From a virus, in the IMG/VR virus record IMGVR_UViG_3300042453_003699, positions 14,034-78,033 of that record: DNA of 64,000 nucleotides. One strand, written 5' to 3'. The translations under genes and the position numbers were made by a program. Positions 20,610-30,194 of this stretch are shown here, in pieces. Within the stretch, counting starts at the first letter, position 1. Every line of letters begins with the position of its first letter. Under the pieces are notes generated by a model, which was given only the letters and a program-made list of their open reading frames with translations, made no database searches and was not told the DNA's origin.

Positions 20610-23600
20610 ATGTCAGTAAGTGCTCCTCAAATCCTTTTTCCGACCTCTGAGCCAGCGTTCAGTACGAACCTGTCTCATATCTATTTGAGTGGCATATCCG
20701 AGATCGGCGTTAGTTCTATTCTTGTAAATGGGGTCACTGCCGGAACAACGGTAGATCCAAGTGGCAACTGGTCTTGGAGTGGAACTCTAAGGGCGGGAGA
20801 GAACATCTTTGTCGTTCAGTCAGTAAAAGACAATGATTTATCGACCTCGGATCAGGTTTCCATCATTTATGATGCAGGTCTCGACACAACACAACTTGTG
20901 GATCTGCCCACAGGAATACGGATTCGACAAGGCAGAAACAACATCACTCTTGCAGTGCCCCTTCTAACGGACTCTAGCTTCGTTGGTTTCAATTTTTACG
21001 GTTCTGAAAATGTAGGCGGGGGTTCAACAGGATACACCCTGTTGAATACTGCCCCTATCAGCAATGTTGTGTTTTTTGAGGATCAGAGAACGCAACTCAG
21101 TAAGGTGGTTACTAAATCGGGTTCCCAAGAAACTACAACCGTAGTTGAGAATGTAGAGAGGATCAACTTTACTCAGTTCGTACATGATCGCCTAAACCAA
21201 CCTCTCGGCAACTCGCCCATAACTGAAAAAAACCATTATGTGGTCTCTGCGGTCATCTTCGACCCTTTCAACAAGGTCTTGATTGAATCGGGTTACAGTG
21301 AAGAACTATCCGGCGTTCCAATCGTTATTGATACTCGATTGAAAGAGATCGACCAAAGGACTGAACAAGATTTCCGACTTTCCTTGATCGACCAGATGTT
21401 ACAGGCAAACGAGGGGCTAGACCTGAAGCCCGGTCAAGTCTTGCGAGATGTGGTCATCGACCCTGCTTCAAGCCTTTTTGCCAGAATGTTTACCATTCTG
21501 AGATTTATCAACACCTCCCAGTCTTTCCCGACCCTTTTGGCTTTCGATGACGCGGACGGGGACAGTGTTTCAGACCCCGTTTTGACAAGTGCGGAAAAGA
21601 ACTCCCTTCGTCTCGCTCTTTTGGTTCCTGAAGACAGCGCAGACCTAGTTCAACAACTTATCGACTCTGCTTTTGACAAGCTCGCAGGTAATGTCAACAA
21701 GACGAGGTTACCTGCTCGCGAGTCTGTCGGAGAGATCACTGTTTATACTAAGAAAAGACCCGACAAAGATGCTGTCGTTCAAGCGGGGGCAATCGTAGAG
21801 ACCTTGGCTGACCAGACCAATAACACCCCTTCTGTAAGATTCGAGTGTCTGTCTGGGTTTGTTCTCCGCGTGGCTGACCTTGAAAACTATTTCAACGCAA
21901 CAAACAACAGATACGAGTTCAAGATTCCTATAAGAGCTTCCGTGGCGGGAACCATTGGAAATGTGGAGGCGGGTAAAATCGTTTCTCCTGCTTCGGGCTT
22001 TGACCCAGTTTTTGCGGTTGTCAATGATTTCGCAACCGCGTTTGGTGAAGACCTTGAGTCAAACTCAAGCCTTGCTCAACGAGCTTTGCTTGCGTTCATG
22101 TCAGTGGATTCTGGAACCGAGGCGGGTTACTTCTCAAATACCGTTGCAGTGAAGGGCGTTACAAGGGCTAAGATTGTATCCGCAAACGCGCCCCTGATGC
22201 AAAGAGACTTGGACCCAATCCGAGAAATACACTCCTTCGGAAAAGTGGACATTTATGTTCAGGGTAAATCAAATCGTCAGGTGTCAGAGACCTTTGGTTT
22301 TGCCTACAAGAAGGTTCTCAACGAAAGGTTCTACATTCAGAACAGAAACTTCATGAGGTTTAACACCATCAACCCTTTGGTTGATGAAGTACACCCTATT
22401 TTCAAGCTCATAGAAGTTAGGAATGTGAGCCGAAACTTGGTCTATGACCTGACGAATGCTGTTATTACCAACGACGGGAATGTCATCGACCTTGACGAGA
22501 CTATTCTGGCAAACCAACTGATCGGGTTGGGTATCAACGACATCATTAGGGTCAGCTATGTTTATCGTAGGTCTGACAATATCAAGCTAAACTTTCAGCC
22601 CGTTGAGCGGATCATCTCCGTCTCCGGCTCCAAGTCTGGAGACTTAACCGAAGATAACTTCCAGCTCTATCGAAAAGACGACCCCCTTCTTTTGGGGCGC
22701 TCCACTTCTGCTACTGACGAAGTTCAGTTCACCTTCGCAAATGGAGTTCCGAATGCAGAAATGGAAGTAGTGACAAACGAGAACATCGTCCTTATTGGGA
22801 CTCAGGCTCAGGCGCTTTCAAATGTCGGGGTGGACTTATCGACGCTGTATGTAACGGACACAGACGCTAACCCTTATGTAGTGAATGTGGACTACGAGAT
22901 CATACCCGGTGATGCCAAGACCCAAACCTCCATCGCAAGGACCGAAGACTCCTCGATTCCTTCAGGCTCCGTTGTCTATGTTTCTTACGAGTCCGGCGAG
23001 TTGATGACCGTCAACTATGAAATCAACGATATTTTGACAACTGTTCAGGACAAGATCGACGAAATGAAGCATCTTACCGCAGATGTTGTCGTCAAGTCCG
23101 CGCAACCCACTTTAATTGACCTAGATTTCACCGTTTCTCTTGATTCCGGTGCTGACCCAGTAACAGTTGACCGGAACATCCGAACAGCTCTAACCAACTT
23201 CCTGTCCAGTGCGAAGTTAGGTCAGAGCATCTATCAGTCCGACATTATTTCGGTCGTAGAGAGTGTTATCGGTGTTAGGTTTGTCGTTGTACCTCTTTCC
23301 AAGATGGTTAAGAGTTCTGGAGTTCAGGTAATTCGTGAAGTTCTCGCCAATCCGCAGTTTTTTCTTTACCAGACTGGATCTGTCAGTGCTTACAGAAGCA
23401 TCGAGAAACTCAACTCGAACACGACTGATCGAGGCGGACCTGATTATGAGTTCAAGGGGGTCTTTGAAAACGATTTCCTTTTAGAGATGCAAGTTAGCGA
23501 CACCACGGTTTCCGGCGGATCAGGAAGAGCCTATATTTCCGAAAATGGAACTCTGATCGTATCTCCAAGAAAAGGCGGAGACCCCAACGGATCAAAATGG

Positions 23601-23726
23601 TCTGTGACCTATGTGGTTGGCACTGAAACAGGAGCCAAGGACATTATCATTTCTCAGATCGAGTATGTCCAGATCAAGTCGCTGTCCATCACTTACGCAA
23701 ACACTGGGCAGGTGTTTAGCTCATGA
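20610..23726 (+). CDS. Baseplate J/gp6-like wedge protein
   Basis: D..PG.VLRD..IDP, AG..GNV.AG.I, G.D.ESN..LA.R, G.VDIYV, LGQ.IYQSDII motifs. Confidence 0.85.
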   Translation: MSVSAPQILFPTSEPAFSTNLSHIYLSGISEIGVSSILVNGVTAGTTVDPSGNWSWSGTLRAGENIFVVQSVKDNDLSTSDQVSIIYDAGLDTTQLVDLPTGIRIRQGRNNITLAVPLLTDSSFVGFNFYGSENVGGGSTGYTLLNTAPISNVVFFEDQRTQLSKVVTKSGSQETTTVVENVERINFTQFVHDRLNQPLGNSPITEKNHYVVSAVIFDPFNKVLIESGYSEELSGVPIVIDTRLKEIDQRTEQDFRLSLIDQMLQANEGLDLKPGQVLRDVVIDPASSLFARMFTILRFINTSQSFPTLLAFDDADGDSVSDPVLTSAEKNSLRLALLVPEDSADLVQQLIDSAFDKLAGNVNKTRLPARESVGEITVYTKKRPDKDAVVQAGAIVETLADQTNNTPSVRFECLSGFVLRVADLENYFNATNNRYEFKIPIRASVAGTIGNVEAGKIVSPASGFDPVFAVVNDFATAFGEDLESNSSLAQRALLAFMSVDSGTEAGYFSNTVAVKGVTRAKIVSANAPLMQRDLDPIREIHSFGKVDIYVQGKSNRQVSETFGFAYKKVLNERFYIQNRNFMRFNTINPLVDEVHPIFKLIEVRNVSRNLVYDLTNAVITNDGNVIDLDETILANQLIGLGINDIIRVSYVYRRSDNIKLNFQPVERIISVSGSKSGDLTEDNFQLYRKDDPLLLGRSTSATDEVQFTFANGVPNAEMEVVTNENIVLIGTQAQALSNVGVDLSTLYVTDTDANPYVVNVDYEIIPGDAKTQTSIARTEDSSIPSGSVVYVSYESGELMTVNYEINDILTTVQDKIDEMKHLTADVVVKSAQPTLIDLDFTVSLDSGADPVTVDRNIRTALTNFLSSAKLGQSIYQSDIISVVESVIGVRFVVVPLSKMVKSSGVQVIREVLANPQFFLYQTGSVSAYRSIEKLNSNTTDRGGPDYEFKGVFENDFLLEMQVSDTTVSGGSGRAYISENGTLIVSPRKGGDPNGSKWSVTYVVGTETGAKDIIISQIEYVQIKSLSITYANTGQVFSS

Positions 23727-26398
23727 GCTTCGGTATAAACAAAGGTGTAGAAGATACCAAAGCAACGAGATTGCTTATTATCGAGAAAGCAAATCTCATG
23801 CTTAACTCTTTGTTAGCTTCGGTTGGTTCGGTCTATGTTAGGTCCAATTCTTTCCCGTTGTTCGCCACTCAGCTAAAGGCAATCGCTTTTGAAGCCGCTC
23901 GGGTTATCGTCACGGCAGAGAACATTTACAATGATCTTATCTTCAAAAACACCCGACCTGAATTTATCTTCCAGAATATCCAGTCGTTCCTCTTCCTCAA
24001 CTCAAACTATACGCACTCGGAAGAGGATGATGTTGCTCTGAGATCCTTCTTGCTCGCTCTCATTCAGTCCTATTTTCAAGGCGCTACGAAACTATCAATC
24101 CAGAATGCCTTGCAACTTGCGATCGAGAACAAAGCATCCGTTGAACTTGAAGAAATCTACCTTCAAGGTCGAGGGAACACGCTGATTGATTCCGTTCCCC
24201 TCATGCACCGCTTCTTGGTTTCTATTTTCGTAGCAAGCAACACGATTGATGTCGTAAAACTTCAGAACTCGATCACTTTTCTTGCCAGTCTAATCAAACC
24301 CGCGCACACTGCAATCACCACGCGATTTGTTTACATCGACCCTATTGATGAGCTAGGGTTCTCAAATGCTTGCGTTCTTGTAGTAGATCCATTAACAGGT
24401 AAGACGGTAGTTGGACCAGATGGATTTGAGTTGACCCAAAAACTTCGACCAAACGCCATTTGTGATGTCTTTAACATGGCTATTTTTGACTATGGCTATG
24501 GCGACATCAGGAAGAATTGCCTAGCCACAAAAGAGCTAGAGGTTTCTCAAGAAGCGATCTTGGTAGTGACTCCAACAAAACTTAAAACCCGTTACGGTCC
24601 CCTTTCTAACGGAGCTAACGGAATTCTGAGTGATGTATCTCAGGTTAAGGTCTATGTAGACGGTGACGAGGTTGAGGTAGAATCGGTCGATGCGCTCAAG
24701 GGGATCATCAACCTAGTAGATCCAATTCCATACGGTTCCGTGGTTAGAGCTGACTATACTTTCCTAAGACGGCACTTTGAGTATTTCACAATCAACAACA
24801 CGGATACCGTTCTTAATCAGTTTGACCCCTATACGGAGACCATTCATACCTTTAGGTACTCCTCTGTTTTGTGGGCACCTGAGTTCGACATACCCAACCG
24901 AGAGGCAAAAACTTGTGACTACAAGTATTCGGGGTTCGATGCTTTGAACTCATCCTTGTTGAACGATCCTAACACTCTCGTTTTCAATAAGTCTTCTGTT
25001 CGGGACAAGCTAAACGATTACAACATCTTCAAAAGCTACGGATATGATGACGGCGAGCACATCGTTTCGTTGAATTACGGAGAGTATCTTTTCCCTACGA
25101 GGATGGAAAAAACTCTCATACCCCAAGACGACACGGTAGCTCTGTTCAAGCTGAACGATCCTCTTAGCCTAATGAACACACTTACACACAACCTATTGGG
25201 CGGAAGAACAAGCCATCAGGCTTTTGGAGACACCGCCAAAAAGGTGTACGCAGATTTCACGATCGAATCCACTTGCACGAACGGTGTAGAGGATAACCTG
25301 AAACCCATTTGCGAAGATGGTCTCGACCTATTTTTCGACTTTGCTTCAAGCTCAGACACCTACAAAGGCATTGAGAAGTCCGTGGACGAGGTACTTGTTC
25401 TGAACAACTCAGGGTATGTGTTGAACCGATTTGAGTTGTTCTTCCCGCCGGAACTAGCTGTGAATAGCAGTTTTTCAAAGATCGAATTGAATCAGAGGCT
25501 ATCCGATGACTACGCTCTGATTGATGAGGTGATCTCAGGTTTCCATCAAGAGGTGGAATGGTTCGAGTTGGACTACAAAAACAAAGACCTGAACCAGATG
25601 GTGACAAATTCGGTAGATCACGGAATTGGGACCACGGGTACGCTGTTGCCTCCGAATCCTAGCTTTCCTTTTGAAGACCTTCTTATTTGGAATGTGGGTA
25701 TGTATGGCGAAGAGAACTTCCTCCTACCTAAGTTTGTTCTGAATGATTTCAGGTCACATCTGAATGATGTGGGTAGCCTGTACTCGTACATCCGACGCAA
25801 ACCCGGCAACAACGACCAGTACATTTCAGACTTCTTGCGCGAGTTTAGAACCACCCAGACATTCGAGACCTACTACAACGAGGAATTCGACATCACTGGG
25901 GGTGGCGCGACCGAGCAGGAATTCATCCAAATCAATGATTTTATTAGTGAATTTCCGATAACTGGGTACGACCAAATCCTAGAGTTCAACATGGCGATGT
26001 ACCAGAACGAACTCATCCCGCAGGTCACGGAAGATAACCCTTCTGGTTTCAGCTTCCGTTTCCAAGACGGGTTCCCAAGAGGTCATGTGGTGCTGTTCCC
26101 GTACTTCATGGCGAACTTTGCTCCTATCTTTGACATCTTGCAAAGTCAGCAAATCACCCTCTCGGGCGGTGCCTTCGAGGAAGCCTTCGCTCCGATTGAG
26201 GATCTCTACATGAACTGTTTTCATCCGAGCTACTCTGAACAGATGCCTAGAATGTTAGAGGAACTCACAAGTTTGAATATGGAAGACGGGGCATTCATGG
26301 TGAAAGCGCCCGTGGCAAATATCATCCCTTCCGAGGAGATGCTCTCCAAGTTTGACGGTTCAAATAAGTCAGACTGGGGCATTTCGGGAGGGGTATAA
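23723..26398 (+). CDS. Baseplate wedge/tail protein I-like structural protein
   Basis: LIKPAHT motif typical of gpI/gp7-like wedges; follows baseplate J. Confidence 0.7.
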   Translation: MSFGINKGVEDTKATRLLIIEKANLMLNSLLASVGSVYVRSNSFPLFATQLKAIAFEAARVIVTAENIYNDLIFKNTRPEFIFQNIQSFLFLNSNYTHSEEDDVALRSFLLALIQSYFQGATKLSIQNALQLAIENKASVELEEIYLQGRGNTLIDSVPLMHRFLVSIFVASNTIDVVKLQNSITFLASLIKPAHTAITTRFVYIDPIDELGFSNACVLVVDPLTGKTVVGPDGFELTQKLRPNAICDVFNMAIFDYGYGDIRKNCLATKELEVSQEAILVVTPTKLKTRYGPLSNGANGILSDVSQVKVYVDGDEVEVESVDALKGIINLVDPIPYGSVVRADYTFLRRHFEYFTINNTDTVLNQFDPYTETIHTFRYSSVLWAPEFDIPNREAKTCDYKYSGFDALNSSLLNDPNTLVFNKSSVRDKLNDYNIFKSYGYDDGEHIVSLNYGEYLFPTRMEKTLIPQDDTVALFKLNDPLSLMNTLTHNLLGGRTSHQAFGDTAKKVYADFTIESTCTNGVEDNLKPICEDGLDLFFDFASSSDTYKGIEKSVDEVLVLNNSGYVLNRFELFFPPELAVNSSFSKIELNQRLSDDYALIDEVISGFHQEVEWFELDYKNKDLNQMVTNSVDHGIGTTGTLLPPNPSFPFEDLLIWNVGMYGEENFLLPKFVLNDFRSHLNDVGSLYSYIRRKPGNNDQYISDFLREFRTTQTFETYYNEEFDITGGGATEQEFIQINDFISEFPITGYDQILEFNMAMYQNELIPQVTEDNPSGFSFRFQDGFPRGHVVLFPYFMANFAPIFDILQSQQITLSGGAFEEAFAPIEDLYMNCFHPSYSEQMPRMLEELTSLNMEDGAFMVKAPVANIIPSEEMLSKFDGSNKSDWGISGGV

Positions 26399-26432
26399 TG
26401 AACTATTATGATTTCGATTTAGGGAGAACAAA

Positions 26433-27014
26433 ATGAAGAAGCCGACGAGCCAAGAATTCTTTAACCAACCCGCCGAAACAGCCTCTTCGGGCTTCGGTCT
26501 TGTTGAACACGAGCGCCCGCAGTTTGGACTGGAAGGTCATCTTTTTGCGGAGATGAGACACCAAGACGGTCGTATTGAACACCGAGACTTGGGTAAAAAC
26601 ATCATCGTGAACTCCGCGTCTATTCTCCTTGCCCGCTTGGTCAAGGACAGCTCGGACCCTGCTTATGGGGCTTTCGGTCTTGCGGTCGGTCTTGGTGGAG
26701 CTTGGGACCCTCTCAACCCTCCCCCTGCCACTGCAAGCCAGACTCAACTTGAGAACGAGCTTACTCGCAAAACATTCCAGTCGGTGAACTTCATCAACGC
26801 AGGTATGGTTGTTTCCTACCCAACGAATGTTATCGACCTTACAACTTTCTTTAACGAGTCCGAAGCAGTCGGCGCTCTTATGGAAATGGGTCTTGTTGGC
26901 GGTGATGCTACCCTTGCTCCAAACACGGGAACGCTCATCAACTACCGGACTTTCGCAGTAATCAACAAACCTAATACTGCGACACTCACCATCACCTGGC
27001 GATTGACATTCTAA
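26433..27014 (+). CDS. Tail-fibre attachment/collar-like protein
   Basis: N.IVN, QTQLENEL.RK, EA.G.L.EMGL, INK....LTITW.LTF pattern; GGGAG RBS. Confidence 0.7.
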   Translation: MKKPTSQEFFNQPAETASSGFGLVEHERPQFGLEGHLFAEMRHQDGRIEHRDLGKNIIVNSASILLARLVKDSSDPAYGAFGLAVGLGGAWDPLNPPPATASQTQLENELTRKTFQSVNFINAGMVVSYPTNVIDLTTFFNESEAVGALMEMGLVGGDATLAPNTGTLINYRTFAVINKPNTATLTITWRLTF

Positions 27015-27036
27015 GGTTTTTACAAGGAGGTCTGTT

Positions 27037-27402
27037 ATGGAACAGATTGTTGCATTTGCAAATGAAGTCCTTACCGCCGTTAGCGGCTGGAAAGGTATGC
27101 CCGTCGAATTCGTTATGGCGGGTGTTGTTACCCTTTTGGTTTCAAGCCTAAAGGTCGATCTCATCCGTGCTTTTTTCTGGGATAAACTAGGAGTCGCCAA
27201 GGTTTTTGTTGCTCCTAGCCTGTCTCTGGTTGGTGCGCTGTTGGTCGTGGAGCCTTTCACTTGGGCAACCGCTTGGGTGGCGCTTTCAACAGGTGCCGGA
27301 GCTATCGCGATCTATGAGATTTTAAGTGCTGTGAAGCCTTTTGTCTCTCCGCTTCTTTCAAAGGTCCTTGATCTAGTCATGGGTCTTTTCAAAAAGCAGT
27401 AA
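27037..27402 (+). CDS. Holin-like membrane protein
   Basis: AAGGAGG RBS; three hydrophobic segments and a basic C terminus. Confidence 0.55.
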   Translation: MEQIVAFANEVLTAVSGWKGMPVEFVMAGVVTLLVSSLKVDLIRAFFWDKLGVAKVFVAPSLSLVGALLVVEPFTWATAWVALSTGAGAIAIYEILSAVKPFVSPLLSKVLDLVMGLFKKQ

Positions 27403-27407
27403 CTTGA

Positions 27408-27440
27408 AGAGGAGGGGCACACGCCCCTCCTCTCCTTTTT
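27408..27440 (+). terminator. Rho-independent terminator
   Basis: AGAGGAGGGGC-ACAC-GCCCCTCCTCT then CCTTTTT. Confidence 0.8.
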
Positions 27441-27451
27441 AGAGGATATAC

Positions 27452-28525
27452 ATGAATTTCTTAAAAGAGCTGTTGTTTCTCCAAAGCTGGTACAATCGTC
27501 TTGCCGCGCCCCCTGCGAAGAATTATCCGCCGGGCTGTGTCGCGACGGCTATTCGTACCTGTAAAGAGCTTGGTCGTGACGATCTAGCTGAACAGGTTGA
27601 GAAGGTCTGGGGCGAATGTTTCCAGAAGCACTCGACCGAAATTTTCAAATACCGTGATCGTGGCGACGGTTATATGTTCGCTACAGCTACCAACATTGCG
27701 GCTCGTTCTTTGAACAAGAATCTATTTGGTGGTCCTACTCCTTCCGCTGAAAAGGGTTCGTTCGCAAAAAACTTTGGGTGGTGGTTGGACAAGCAACTAG
27801 GCGATAAGAAAGCCCCTGCTCTGCCTCCGATGCCAGACCCGTTGGATTCTGCTCCTGCTATTGCATTGCCGAAAGCCAACGAAGATATTGACGACTGGGC
27901 GGCACAAGCTAAGAAAACTCAAGAGAGCTTGCAAGCCCTTCAAGCCGCATTTGCAGACACAGAAGACTTTATTCAGGTTCTTGAAAAAGAGATCGGTGAG
28001 ATTGGGCGTAAGATCGCCGACTACGGACCCGGAGGCTCTAAAGAAGTCACCAAGTCTGGGAAGCCTCACAAGTTGTCCTTGCGCGTTCCTAAGTGGCAAA
28101 TAGAACTTGAAATTTACAAAGCTAAACTCGCTGAAACTAAGAGCGGAGTTTCCTCGGCTAAAACTAAGATGGAATCCGCTGAAGCGGCATATCGTAAGAG
28201 TCCAGCCGTTACCGTAGCTTACGAGAAGGAAGCTCAACAATCTCTTGAAGGTGTTCTTGAAGTCATCATGGACATGAAAGACCTCAAAAAGCAGAAAGAG
28301 ATGCTCGCTAAGTTCAATGAAATGGTTAAGAACATGGAGAAGGAAGACAAGAAAGTCGCAAGTATGGAGCGTTCTGCGTCGTTCTGGGACACCATCTTCA
28401 ACGCGTTTGATTCCGTTGTTTCGTTCTTCTCTTCTGCGTGGAAGGGTCTGGTCAAGTGGACCAAATCTCTGTTCGGCGCAGTGGACAAATTTGATAAAGT
28501 TGCAACCGAACTAGGACGCTACTAG
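27452..28525 (+). CDS. Coiled-coil protein with C-terminal amphipathic helices; putative internal virion protein
   Basis: GAGGA RBS; KKVASMERSAS followed by a Phe/Trp-rich amphipathic tail. Confidence 0.7.
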   Translation: MNFLKELLFLQSWYNRLAAPPAKNYPPGCVATAIRTCKELGRDDLAEQVEKVWGECFQKHSTEIFKYRDRGDGYMFATATNIAARSLNKNLFGGPTPSAEKGSFAKNFGWWLDKQLGDKKAPALPPMPDPLDSAPAIALPKANEDIDDWAAQAKKTQESLQALQAAFADTEDFIQVLEKEIGEIGRKIADYGPGGSKEVTKSGKPHKLSLRVPKWQIELEIYKAKLAETKSGVSSAKTKMESAEAAYRKSPAVTVAYEKEAQQSLEGVLEVIMDMKDLKKQKEMLAKFNEMVKNMEKEDKKVASMERSASFWDTIFNAFDSVVSFFSSAWKGLVKWTKSLFGAVDKFDKVATELGRY

Positions 28526-28542
28526 GACCAAGGTCGAGTTGC

Positions 28543-28573
28543 GGGGCGAGCCTTCTACGCCGAGGCTCGCCCC
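28543..28573. terminator. GC-rich hairpin, possible terminator or RNA stabiliser
   Basis: GGGGCGAGCCT-N9-AGGCTCGCCCC; weak U tract. Confidence 0.55.
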
Positions 28574-28598
28574 ACCTTAAAAGAGAGGCTACGGCATA

Positions 28599-28925
28599 AT
28601 GAAGGATGTATTGGCGGAAATTCAGGTTTTGGAACGAAAGATCGCGGAAGCCTACAAGAAGAAATATGACACGCTCGCAAAGCGTATCAAAGCGATCAAG
28701 AAGCCAAATTTCATTTGGAATTTCAAGAAACCGCTTCCCAACGGAAGGACTTTCATCATTTCAAAAGGGGTCGTAAAAGAAAAAGGGAAGTACCGATTAG
28801 AGGGGGAGTGGTGGAATACTCCGTGGTTTGATTCACTAGAAAAACTTGTCAAAACTATTGATTGGGTCGATTTTGAGAGGCGAAGTAAGTACGAAGAATT
28901 CGTGAAGGGGAATAGTCCGTTCTAA
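28599..28925 (+). CDS. Hypothetical protein with EI..LE.KIA leader
   Basis: GAGAGG RBS; 108 aa. Confidence 0.7.
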   Translation: MKDVLAEIQVLERKIAEAYKKKYDTLAKRIKAIKKPNFIWNFKKPLPNGRTFIISKGVVKEKGKYRLEGEWWNTPWFDSLEKLVKTIDWVDFERRSKYEEFVKGNSPF

Positions 28926-28941
28926 TACTTTTGGATAACCT

Positions 28942-28951
28942 TTCCGCCGAA
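28942..28951 (+). promoter_or_regulatory. TTCCGCCGAA motif copy
   Basis: Exact copy 21 nt upstream of TATAAT. Confidence 0.7.
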
Positions 28952-28983
28952 AACCTAGTTGAGAGAATCTCCTATAATGGGGG

Positions 28984-29727
28984 ATGCAAAAACTCATTCA
29001 GTGGTATCAGCGTCAGGTCAAGATCGACGCAACTCTCTCCAAAGAACAACAGACAAAACAAATATACACACAGCTAAAAGCTCTCCGTGATGCGAAATGT
29101 AGGGGCGCAAAAAGCCTAAATGACATACTGCGTTACGAATATGCCTACATTTGTGCGGCACTCAATCTGCGTAACCAAGTGTGGGAATACAACTTCATGG
29201 ATTTCAGTCGGAGGTTGGGTGAATTTTGGGAGAGTTTCTGCAAAGCCGCCTTCCGAAACGCCAACCTCAGAATGTATTCTCCGCCGAAATTTGATTCAGT
29301 CCGTCAAGAGCTTAAACTGCCCAAGAAGCTAATGCCTCTGATTGGCGAAGTGAATCTCAGGCAGGATGTGTCTTTTTACTTCAACCGTAAGCTCCATGTG
29401 ATTGATCTCAAAGGCAGTTTGAACTCGAACGAGAAGGGTCATATCGAGAGGTTACTTCGAGTAGGTGTCGTCTATGAACTGTGGAAACCAAGGTCTAAAC
29501 GGCTGGTCCTCGTCCGCGAGCCTGATGAGAACAATTCTTATTTAGATAAGCTGACCGCTTGTTGGGAAGTGTATGCGGGCGACCAAGCCTACGACAAGAT
29601 CCGAGACATCACGGGAGTTGACTTGAAGGCGTGGGTTGACCGGAATGTGGACTTCAAAAAACACCTCGACCGCCGAATTTTGTCCGTTGTCCGTGACCAA
29701 AATCTTGAAAAATATCTATCATGGTAA
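28984..29727 (+). CDS. PD-(D/E)XK restriction-endonuclease-like protein
   Basis: G..WE helix, QD, and IDLK catalytic-like motif; leaderless start. Confidence 0.55.
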   Translation: MQKLIQWYQRQVKIDATLSKEQQTKQIYTQLKALRDAKCRGAKSLNDILRYEYAYICAALNLRNQVWEYNFMDFSRRLGEFWESFCKAAFRNANLRMYSPPKFDSVRQELKLPKKLMPLIGEVNLRQDVSFYFNRKLHVIDLKGSLNSNEKGHIERLLRVGVVYELWKPRSKRLVLVREPDENNSYLDKLTACWEVYAGDQAYDKIRDITGVDLKAWVDRNVDFKKHLDRRILSVVRDQNLEKYLSW

Positions 29728-29771
29728 ATAATCAAATGAATCACAACGGTCCAATGACCAAGGAGGTAACT

Positions 29772-30110
29772 ATGGCTAAGAAAGCCGTTTCTAAAGCAAA
29801 GACCAAGAGCGCGAAGAGCGCAAAACCATCAACCAAGAGCGCGAAGCCCAAGACTATGGCGGCAAGGCGTGCAGTAGCGACGACCGATAAGACGGGTGAT
29901 GTTTTCCGTTCTATCGTCGGTACTGTTCTTTCCAGCCCACAAAAGGTTTTCACTTCGGCTGATGTCGTTCGCAAGTCTAAGTCTTCGGCTCGTCACAGCC
30001 GTCGCACTCTGGCTTTCCTAGTCAAGAACAACGCCCTGAGCGTCAATCGCACAGAGCGCCCATACCGTTACCAGATTTCCTCTAGGGATCAGCTCAAGCG
30101 GTTTGCCTGA
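29772..30110 (+). CDS. Histone H1-like basic tail plus winged-helix DNA-binding protein
   Basis: AAGGAGG RBS; K/A/S-rich N terminus; FTSADV...RRTLAFLVK..AL......PYRY wHTH pattern. Confidence 0.7.
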   Translation: MAKKAVSKAKTKSAKSAKPSTKSAKPKTMAARRAVATTDKTGDVFRSIVGTVLSSPQKVFTSADVVRKSKSSARHSRRTLAFLVKNNALSVNRTERPYRYQISSRDQLKRFA

Positions 30111-30114
30111 AAGT

Positions 30115-30153
30115 TTAGGACGGGGGTGCAAATTTATTGTGCCCCCGTCCTAA
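30115..30153. terminator. Long hairpin/terminator
   Basis: TTAGGACGGGGG...CCCCCGTCCTAA perfect 12-bp stem with extension. Confidence 0.75.
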
Positions 30154-30194
30154 CCGTCTAATTTTTATTAAAATAGACAGCATAGGAGAGACCA

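Noticed and set aside
5446-27014. Bacterial extracellular contractile injection system instead of a phage
   Set aside because: Surrounding ligase, tRNA, methyltransferases, endolysin and many small phage-type ORFs, with no host housekeeping context, fit a large phage
26406-27260. 284-aa minus-strand ORF
   Set aside because: Antisense to two plus-strand genes with strong RBSs and recognisable motifs
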